A stretch of 63,765 bases of DNA, the filler included, from Craspedostauros australis (Eukaryota): assembly GCA_030167865.1 (NCBI GenBank). It is 5 parts of 5 records of this genome, joined end to end, with 100 filler letters (N's around TTAATTAATTAA, not from the genome) between each part and the next. Parts side by side here need not be neighbours in the genome. Positions count along the whole stretch, not along the records: positions 5,028 to 13,437 come from JALAGF010001242.1; positions 13,538 to 42,388 come from JALAGF010001243.1; 3 more parts are not named here. The stretch is one strand, 5' to 3'. Positions within the stretch are counted from its first letter, which is position 1. Every line of letters starts with the position of its first letter. The notes beneath the pieces are model-generated. The model saw only the letters and a list, made by a program, of their open reading frames with translations. It had not been told where the DNA came from and searched no databases. This document shows, in pieces, positions 10,093-19,921 of the stretch. The translations under genes and the position numbers were made by a program.

Positions 10093-13000
10093 GTCAAAAG
10101 TGTTCGTTTATGTGTGCGATGCCGCTGACTCGACTCTCCCGTCCGGAGCTGCTCCTCTCGCTGTTCCTGCCACTGTTGCTGCCTGCGTATCGGCCTTCTT
10201 GGTGGTTGGTGCTGATAGACGGTGGTGGACGGTTGTTGGCGATTTTCTTGCTGGTCAATCGCAGCGAGGCGGTTCTGGTTGTTTTTGTTTGGCGTGGTGC
10301 GGTGCGGTGCGGTGCGGTGCCGTGCGGTACGATGCGCTGTGGTCTTCTGTTGTGTTGCTATTGTACTGATACGAGCGTGGTAGGTGTGCTATGGCCGCTT
10401 TGGTGAATCGTTGTGTTCGAGTTGTGGGACCAACGGGGGCACTCTGGCGGACACTACGTGCGGACGCCATCCCCAGGTAATTTCTCAGCGATTTCTGCAG
10501 CCTCAGCAGAGTGGCGAACATTTGGATAACGGTGTTTGCCCATCATCGTGACGGATTGTCTGTTTTTTCGTGATCCCATTGTGCGTGCAGTCGCTTCAAA
10601 ACTCTCGGCTATTTGGAATTCATTCTTCATGTTCCACGGTGACTTGGGTGTTCTTCTTTGCAGCCTCATAAGTTCGTGAAAGGTGGAAATGGACGCTTAT
10701 CATTGGACCACACCTGTGACCGGAATGATGTCTGGAGAACACGATTGTTGTTCTTCCGCATAGATGACAACATCAGAACTGTCGTGACACATTCTTTCCT
10801 CGGCTTCAGAAATACAGTTGTGCACAAGCCACCTAATCATCATTTTGTGAGCATCGTGGATCCCATGTGACGCAAACAGCAGCAGCGCGAAAAACATGCA
10901 CGCACACACAAGAGAGTACATTTCACTGTCGCTCCTTGTTGGTGGATTGCGTTGCATCGTGTTGTGTTGTGTTGTGTTGCTGCCCGAGCGAGTACTCCGG
11001 GACCCATGCTTCGCGAGTGTTTTGTGCTGGTTGATGGGCGTAGAAGTTGGGAGTTGGATGCATGTGCGCATGGTAGAAATGTTGGAAGAGTACACGATGA
11101 GACAGGCTGACGAACTGATCAGTATGCTCGTTGCATCACCAGACAGACAGCAGCACACAGTGCTGACGACTGCATTGCGAATATTCAGGCGGCGGCAAAC
11201 GGTCGCCATCCTAAACAGAACATGGTCCGCTCTGGTGCGATTGCAGTCGGAGCGCTCCATTCCGTTGCTGTCGCCATGCACGTGAGTGCCCGAGCACAGC
11301 ACGGCACTCGTGCTGGTGCAGGAAGGACTCTTGTGCGCCGCACCCTGAGATTCATACGAGCAATACCCGCGGCGGCGAAGAGACCACATGGAACAATGGT
11401 CCAACGGAGGAAGGAGCAAAGAAGAAAAACAAAACAAGAGAGCGAAGAGACGCTTTTCGACTTCAAGTCCTCGCCGTCGTCACAGAGAAGGTGACAGGCT
11501 TAAAGTCCTGTGACAGCGACGTCAGCATTCTCTCAGGCGCAGATCTCAAAAACAAGACCGAGCAGAGTACGTGCAGAGCACGCTGTCGCGATGTAGCTCG
11601 TACAAGTAGAGCTCGGTACCGTTGATAGTTGCGACATTCCATGCATCGTGGCCGCAGAATGCGATACTTCCGTGTTTGATCTGCCCCTGTTTGGGTCGAT
11701 CGGACGCCCTTCGCAAGAGGCGAGGCAGTGGATCATCGCAAGACCTTCTTTGCGTTTGTTTCGATGTCCTTTGTTCGGCGGTGTTCGGTTTTGGCCTCTT
11801 CCTTGGGGATTCTCTGCGGCCTCCCCAGAGATGAAGTGGGGGCGAAAGGAGAATTCATGTCGAGCCGCATGGCCGACCAATGTGGCGTTCGCGTTTCGTG
11901 AAAGCGATGTGAATCCGGATGTCCTCCACTTGTCGTGCTTTGTGTGGCAGCCAGATACCGCGCCATCATTGCTTGGAGTGTGTCGTGCACGTGCGATCAG
12001 AGCACACGTATCTCCCACTACAAGTACCATCGGCGCGGTAGCAGCTACGAGGTGGAGCAGCAGATGTGCTGTACAGTAGGTCGCACAGTGGCTCGGTGCG
12101 ACATGCTGGGCGATTGGCGATGAGCTGGTCTCCTCTCCTGTTGCGAACAGCTTCACAGCACAGCACGAGCCATTTCCACAATACGCGTACGTACGCGTAC
12201 TCTATTCCAATGTACCTCTTGCTGTAGTCATAGTGTACTATGTCGTACTCGTATTTGGCTTGGATAGCGCGGTCGCACAGAAGGAGTCAGTTCCGCATCC
12301 GCTGCTGCTCGTAGTCGTGCAATCCACGATCTCCTTTGCGCAATCAAATCCGGCTCCGCCCAAATCTCACCGCCTCTCTGGCTCTCTGTTTCCCAGACGA
12401 GACAACCGACAAAGCCTGCGCAGTCCACAGTTGTTTTCCATCACGAGCTCCGAGGACGACGACAAGGACGTTGAAGTAATAGGTGGCATACCGAGCGCAA
12501 TAACCGAAGCATGACGCCAATTTGGTGTGAATTGCCGTTGAGCCCAAGCACAGTCGCGGGAGGATAATTCAGAGAGTTTCCAAATCCAATAAGCCTGAGA
12601 TACTTCGCCATGCTTTGCTTGAGACGGGACACAGAAGGAATGCTCATCCGCTGCCGCTTTGGCAGAGTATCGAACGCGGCAGCAGCAGCAACAACAACAA
12701 CAACAAAGAATGGCGCAAGTGGGAACCAAGAGCACAATGACATCGTTTGCTGGCGGAGGAGTAGAGAAGAACAACATGCCATCAGAGATGGAACGCACGT
12801 CTGCGAAGTGCACTGGGAGCGATGGCGGTGGCTATCATCAACGATCCTGATGGCTTCTCTGCGCGAGTTCCTCACTAGATGAGGAAGAGACGCAACTTGC
12901 AGTTCGTATGTACGTACAGCCCACATTGGCCCTGGGGCACACGGAAAAATGGCGCACAGGCAAGACGATTGTGGAATGTGTGTGATTTGTTACTGCTAAA

Positions 13001-13101
13001 TATTGTTACGGTTGTTTCGTGGTGGACAGCCGTTCGGGTCATGAGCGCAGGCTTAATTTGTAGATTCTGCGCTCGCTACTGTGTTGTGTCATTCGAGCTC
13101 A

Positions 13102-13437
13102 TCAGTCTTCATTGGAGGAGAAGAAGGTGTCGTTGCTGGGGGTTGTTGGCTCATTGACATCTGCAATGGTGCTCACCTCGGACAAAATGCTGCTGTCACT
13201 ATCGGTACCATCATCGTGGTAGTATGCCATGTTGCTCTTCCTGTTGTGGCTGCTGTTGGCGCTGTGACTGCTCTTGCTGCGGTTGCTGCGGCGGGTACTA
13301 CCAGTGTGGTCGCTGCGGGTACTACGGATACTTGCGGTGGTACCCTTCTTGCAGTTGCTCTTCATGCTGATGTTGCTTGGGAATTTGGCTGCCACCATCA
13401 TGTCCGCGTTAAGTCGGCGCGAATCGCTTCTGGTTCT
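13102..13437 (-). CDS. Probable Ser-rich 3' end of a gene truncated by the contig break
   Basis: Frame open from the contig edge to the stop at 13102; low-complexity S/N/D-rich peptide with no recognisable domain. Confidence 0.35.
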   Translation of the reverse strand, partial: RTRSDSRRLNADMMVAAKFPSNISMKSNCKKGTTASIRSTRSDHTGSTRRSNRSKSSHSANSSHNRKSNMAYYHDDGTDSDSSILSEVSTIADVNEPTTPSNDTFFSSNED

Positions 13438-13537
13438 NNNNNNNNNNNNNNNNNNNNNNNNNNNNNNNNNNNNNNNNNNNNTTAATTAATTAANNNNNNN
13501 NNNNNNNNNNNNNNNNNNNNNNNNNNNNNNNNNNNNN
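13438..13537. other. Artificial contig-joining linker
   Basis: N44-TTAATTAATTAA-N44. Confidence 0.97.
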
Positions 13538-15774
13538 TGGAGGAGCAGAGATGGTGGCGCATCGAATGTTCGGCACGATCGTCCCCACCATCGTCACTGC
13601 CATCGTTGTTGCCGATCCCTGGGTGGAGGAGCAGAGATGGCAGCGCATCACATGGTCTGCGCGATCGTCCCTGCCATCGTCACTGCCATCGTCGCTGCCA
13701 ATCAATGGATGATGGAGGAGCAGTGATGATGGCGCATGGCATGCTCCACTCGATCGTCGCTGCCGTCGCCACTGTTGATCCTTAGATGGTGGAGGAGCAC
13801 TGACGCCGATGGACCCCACATGGTGCGCGCGGCTGGACATGCCTCCGTCACTGTCTCTGTCCAATCCAATCTACAAATGATGGATGAGGAGCAACGGCGG
13901 CACATGGCACAGCATGGTCGTCACAGTCTTCGCCGTGGTTGCTGTTGCTGCACATCCATGGATTGTGGAATGCAAGGCCACCGAAGCTGCTGCTGGTGTT
14001 GCCAATCCATCCATGGCAGAACACATGGTAGTGGATCGGTATTTGCTGCATGGTCGTAGCCGCTGACTTCACTGGCACTGCTGACTATCTAACCAATCAA
14101 CCGTGGAGCATCCCACGCAAGATGGAGAGAGAATTTGAATATAGCCAGAGCCTAAATATGTATTATGTGTATCAGACTAGTTGATGTGATTCATGGTACC
14201 AAGGCAAGGTACTCCTCTGCTGTGAGCTTTGCAGAAGTATACCGTGCAGATTGTTCATTGCCATAGAAGATGCAACGGAAGTTTGTGAGGAATGCCGCAA
14301 TGTAGTGCATGTGTGTGAGGGGGTTCCAATAGATTTTCATTTGGTTCTTCACATCGAGGAAGGGAAACGATTTACCAATCTCCATGAACTCCCATTCGAC
14401 GCAGATTCGCGCAGAGGACATGTCCCTGTTGCACAGAGCTTCAGGGGAACCCTCAACTGTGTTTCGAAATGCACCAAGCACGTATGCTGTTGTGGCATAT
14501 GCTGGATCACCGTACAAACGGTATGGCCTTTGGAACCCTGGAAGTGGCATCAATTCTCTCATCCGCGGCTCGACGCCACTCTCGCGGAGCATGAAGGAAT
14601 CATGGCGGCTTCCAAGGATAGGACCATAATAATGCAGGATCAAGCCATCTGCACCAACAATACCCTGGAACTTAATTCCGTGCATGTGCTTGTGCCCAGA
14701 GTATGCCATCCGTTGGTTGTACGTCGGCCGACATGTTGCACTGAATGTCCCATCGACGAATCCAATAATGTTGTCCACCAAGTCCTTTGTGAGCACACTG
14801 ACGTTGTGAGCGTAAGAGGCGAACCGAGGCTGGAACAACCCCAGGTCGCTGAGGTATGGAGCTGCAATGGCATGAAAGTAGAAAAAGAAGGTGCCACAGA
14901 TGCACGAAAGCCGATTGACATCCATGTCAAAACGGTCCTCCATGTCGCAAAACCGACCTCGATGCGCCAATCGATAGATCATGATCAGGAAGCCAACTTC
15001 AAAGGAGACCGTCAAACGGTTCTTGACCTCTATGGAGGTGGGGTCTTGCTCACCGGATACAGCCTGAAATTTGGGCCAAAAGGCAACGACCAACCGTCGC
15101 AGATGGTCCTTGCGGAACCGAAAGTGGTCGATATCCTCTCCATCGCGGATCTGACGAATGGTGACGCCGCGATTTGAATGACGCCGAGGTGGCTGCATGG
15201 GGAGAAGGTATTGGCGCTGCAATCGCAAAGCATGGATCCCGAGGGCCATGACGTTGCCGAAGTGCTGGACGAAGGTCTCGATGTCGTCGTCGTCAAGTTC
15301 GTCGATGTGGACCTGTGACAGCCATGTGGCCGCGTCGATGAACATATCCTTTGCCTCAGAGCAAGCCTGACGCTCGGGAAGACAGTTCCAGACGCGGCGA
15401 GGCATGCGAAGAGAAGGTGACGAAGGGAAGAGAGAAGCACTCAAGCGGAACTGAAACGCAGCAAATAGGCGAGGGAAGATAGGCAGGAGGAGGCAGGGAG
15501 AATGTGTGGACCAAAAGTATCGTGCCCCCGCACAGGAGAACAACAAGAAATAGTTTGCCATCATCTCGTACGGCTTCGGGATGGAAATGTGGCGCCAACG
15601 ATATCTGCTGAAGCACGAAGGTAGGCATCAATCACGACCCACATGTACGACTACACAGACTAAATCCAGTCCCTCCAAGATCCAACACGAATGCGAACAT
15701 TTGGGGAGAGATCCCCACTGGTTGTCACCACGACAGGTTCCAGGGGTGGCTTCATTTTACGTGCGATATCTCCC
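13538..15774 (-). mobile_element. PIF/Harbinger DNA transposon, copy 2
   Basis: Same sequence as 5028-7264 at offset 8510. The only difference I saw is A7251/G15761. The flank differs after ...ATCTCCCTA. Confidence 0.88.
14191..15405 (-). CDS. PIF/Harbinger transposase, identical to copy 1
   Basis: Translation identical to that of 5681-6895; DDE triad intact. Confidence 0.92.
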   Translation of the reverse strand: MPRRVWNCLPERQACSEAKDMFIDAATWLSQVHIDELDDDDIETFVQHFGNVMALGIHALRLQRQYLLPMQPPRRHSNRGVTIRQIRDGEDIDHFRFRKDHLRRLVVAFWPKFQAVSGEQDPTSIEVKNRLTVSFEVGFLIMIYRLAHRGRFCDMEDRFDMDVNRLSCICGTFFFYFHAIAAPYLSDLGLFQPRFASYAHNVSVLTKDLVDNIIGFVDGTFSATCRPTYNQRMAYSGHKHMHGIKFQGIVGADGLILHYYGPILGSRHDSFMLRESGVEPRMRELMPLPGFQRPYRLYGDPAYATTAYVLGAFRNTVEGSPEALCNRDMSSARICVEWEFMEIGKSFPFLDVKNQMKIYWNPLTHMHYIAAFLTNFRCIFYGNEQSARYTSAKLTAEEYLALVP

Positions 15775-17616
15775 TAATGTTCGGCGACACGTTCTCTCAA
15801 AGCACTTCGCGAAGTTGTCACACCGGTATTGAGACCATGTGCTTTCCGGCGAAAACGTGATGGTCTTCACTCAAAACAAGTCCGATGGGTAGCGATCCGG
15901 AGTCCTTCCGACCACCGAAACGGTTGGACTTTCTCTTTCATCATCTTGCGGTAAATTGTTGTATTTTGGTACTTATGAAACGATGCCTCACAATTCACGA
16001 ATTTCATACGACTGAACAACAACACATCATTTTATCAGTCTGGCATCCTTTTTTAGACTCAAGCTCAGGAAGCCATTCACGAATGGATCAGCGCGGATGG
16101 ACGACATTGAACGTTAAGACCGTTAAACTGTCTTTTCGATTCATAGCCTAGGCAAGTTAGGACAGAAATTCACAGAATTGAGAGGAACGAACACATAAAA
16201 AGAGCAAGACTGATACGCGTGACCCTTTGGGTTCGTTGCCCACGGGCTGTGGCTACAGCCGGGAATGAGCTATGGTGCGATACATCTCTGCAGAGTTACC
16301 GTCAATGATTGCGTTGCCATGGGTCGTCTGGTGAGGTGACGAACAAAAACGAGCGACAGGATATCTTGTCTGTTCATGCGCTTTCTTCTTGTTCCTTGGA
16401 GAGACGTGCCGCTCCGCTTTCTCTCTGTCTCTCTCCTTCTGCTCGATGAGGGATGGCTATGAATGGTAGAGCATATAATAGTATGTACAACAATCTACGG
16501 GTACTCTCTGAGTCTGTCTCTACCTGCCGGGAGGTGGGAGTGCATGGATCTTCAACAGCATGGCTTTCTCTTGTTTTCTTCAACAACGGTACGAGTGCGA
16601 GCTAGACTGCACCCGAGCGCGAACATGTGATGTTGCACCACTGCACTGGGCACAGCGAGATGGGGCGGAGAGCCTCAGGAGAAAAGTGAGGTGAAAGCAA
16701 AACGAGGGCAAATCCATCCATGACTGTTCGGGTTGCTTTGTACCCAAAAAACAAGGAAAAGGATCGCAAGGTGGATGGGTCGTGCCACTTCCATTGGTGA
16801 CGACCAACTTCGCCTCTCTCCGTAGTGTGGCCATACTCGTCTGAGCGCTCTTGTGTGTACTATTAAGGGTAACAATACACACGAGAGGGAGCATCCGAAC
16901 GAGATTAAGCAGCCACGGCTTTCGATGATTGGATGAGACAGATGGAAGAAAATCGATATTAAAGTGATGCAAGTTGTTCTCTTAACATCAACATGAACCG
17001 AAGAGGCTACAGGTACTCAAATGGGCCATGCACAAGATGGCGGTGTTGCCACTTCGGAAAGTCTCTTGCATCCGAGTAATAGACGTAGGCAAGAGAATCA
17101 GTTCGACCGCCGCCACAACGTGTCGTTCGTCTCCGAGGCCTGTGTCGGAAGGGTGACTTTCGCAGACCGCGAACTTGACATGCTCTTCTGCAAATATTCA
17201 ATTCCAGCCGCATCCTTGCCGTGATGAGAACTGCGGAAGCACTGATGTCGTTGGCGCCGTTTGGCTTATCACTTTTCCAAGAAGCTATCAGCGCAAGCGC
17301 CTATTTTGAGCGATGTCTCGGTATCATGATCACTTGTCGAAGCAAAACAATACCGATGGACTGCGGTCATTAATACTCAGAAGATGGGACTGGGAGATAC
17401 GGCAACTCGAACATGGTGGGGCGGAGTACCGGACTCCGTGCGAGGACTCGTATGGTGCATCTCTTTCCTCTCTTCATCACGACAGGCCGCCATAAAATAC
17501 AGAAACTCAAGAGAAGCAAAGAGCAGATCCCAAGCACCGCAGATCACACCACTCGTTTCGAGCTGCAGGCCCATTACATCAGCGCACCACAACAACCAAG
17601 ACATCCTCCAGCAACC

Positions 17617-19377
17617 ATGGCAGCCATGATGGTACCACTCCAAGAAGGAGGAGACGATGATCTATACATCGTCCCAGAATCGCACGTGTTGGATTACAAG
17701 AACGTCTTCCAGTACGGCTGGTTCACCATGTCTTTCCTCATCGCAACCTGGGCGTTTGCCAATTGCGCAGAACGCTCCATCCAGTCCATCGCGTTCATGA
17801 ACATCGGCGAGCGCTACTCGCTCCTTTCCGTCGACAAGAAGAAGAACACCATCACCTACATAATGCAGCTCATCATGACGACCTTTGCCTTCTGTCTCCA
17901 GATCTACGGAGGCTGGGATGTGGTCTTGCAATTGAAGGACCACACCACACAGGACCGCATCGAATGGCTCTCATTCTCCCTCCAGATCGTCATTGTACTG
18001 TACGTGTGGGAGATCATCTACCGTCTCACAATCGGCTGGCCATTGCTCACGCATCACATCTCCACGCTGCTCCTGGCCCAGCTTGGATCGGCGTCCTTCT
18101 CGGATACTGGCAACATGCTCTACATCCGAATGATTTGCCTCATGGGTATGTACGCGACCACTGAGCAGATGAGGTAAGTTCAAGGGCATGTGTCGTGGCC
18201 TGGAGACGACCGAAGTGTCTGAGATCGCAAAGCTGGCCATCACACTCGCCCTCTCACCACAGCCATGCTCACCATTTCTCGTTCTTTCTTTCGTTCCCTT
18301 TTCGTGCAAAACCGCATCCTGTCCGTCCTCGGGCAACCTCCGCCTACTCCACACACTCTGTTCTATTCGTGCAGCTTCGTCGCGCTGTTAGCGTTCCGAC
18401 TCAACGTCTTTCCAGCATGGCAGGGCCTCCTCTTCTACGCTGCCGCCGTTCAAGCGCTCGTGCTGAAGGTTGCCATTACGGTGATGAGCACCGTCGTCAT
18501 CATCCATTACGCTTTCCTCAACTTCGAGGGCGACAACTTGAGGTGGGTTTGGTTTTGGAGAGTCTCATTCTTCCCGTTGATGCTCATCTTGTTCGGATCG
18601 CAGATGTACGCTGTCAATATTCTCTACTCGTTGGGAGTTCGGTGCCAGCGCATGCGCCGAGACAACAGTTCGGACGAGAGCAGCGGAAGCGATACCGTCC
18701 AGGACTTGAATGAGATGCGAGACACCGATAAGGACATCGAGGCAGCTGGCTGCATGTCAGAATCCAGGAAGCCGACCACGCCGGACGACACTTCTCAACC
18801 CTCTGGGCATGCCTGTCTATCCCCGAAGGCCCAGCGACGCAGATCCAGTCTGCGACAGAGCATACATCTCCGACAGCCCAGCTTCAACGATGGTCACCGC
18901 AGCCTGCATTCTCGCAACCAACGCTCTCGTCGTCGCGAGTCTGACATAATCTTGGCATCCTACGAGAGCTCTGCGCCACCTGAGGAAATCATGCTGGACG
19001 ATTTCAGAGCGCAGCAGTCGGTTCGGTTGGCCCGCCTGCAAAGGATGCTGTCGACTCGTTCCAACATGGTCCTCGCAACGGGCGACTTAGAAGAGCAGCA
19101 AACACAAACGCAACCACAAACACGATCACGACTGCAGCGACGACGACCGACAACTGAGATTGCCGCAGCGTTATCTCAGCTTGAACTGGAACTGCAGCTG
19201 GATATGACGACTGAGCATGCACAGGACGCAGACGAGGCCGACGATGGAAGCGGGCTGAGCCACGAAGACATTGACCACATCGAAGAGGTCTTCGGATCAC
19301 GATCTGCACGCCATGGCACATCGACCAGGAGCGTTGCATCGCTGCCAATGGTCCCCGATTTTCATGAGCAAATATGA
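17617..19377 (+). CDS. Multi-pass membrane protein, TLC-domain-like, with a disordered C-tail. Exons 17617-18173 and 18375-19377
   Basis: About 6-7 hydrophobic segments; LYVWEIIYR..WPLLTHH and ATTEQ motifs. A GTAAGT...GCAG intron joins TEQMS|FVALL in frame. Confidence 0.7.
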
Positions 19378-19921
19378 TTGCACAGTCCGTTGGATTCCGA
19401 GAGCTTTTAATGACGGAATGCTGCGACTCTAACACATATAGTACGCAGCTCGTTATAATGTTCCCTGGAGAGAGAGTACTCAAAATTCAGGAGGGCACCC
19501 TCCTCCTCTGCCATGCTCCGCTCGCACAAGCATGATGTGATGCGTAGGCCTATACTTGATTAAATGCTAGAACCCATGAAACTGCCGACGAACGACAAAC
19601 GTCCAGTACAGCCCTGGAAGATGTTTCCAAACACGTCCTGCAATCTGTTATCTGTCCGAGGGATGTCTTTTGCGAGAAAACTCTAACATTTTGAAACGCA
19701 AATTGTGGCCATCCGTGGAAACCTTCTCCCTGTTTTGTGATTGCGCCTTGACACATCTCGAGCAGATGACCAAGAAAGGAGGGGCAGGTTTGAGCACCAA
19801 CCACTATCGTTGGGAGCCACACAAGTCGCACAAGATATGCAAGTTGCGCAAGTTACGCAAGTCACACAAGCCATACGAATGCAACTCACCTCTCATATTC
19901 TGCAATCCAGCCAATGTCACC

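Noticed and set aside
10100..13080. ORFs of 100-245 aa upstream of the DUF6824 gene
   Set aside because: No domain signatures or consistent splice model; simple repeats suggest intergenic or UTR DNA.
5028..15774. 8.5-kb-spaced direct repeat read as LTRs or a composite transposon
   Set aside because: The copies are on different contigs and encode a DDE transposase; the spacing is a concatenation artefact.
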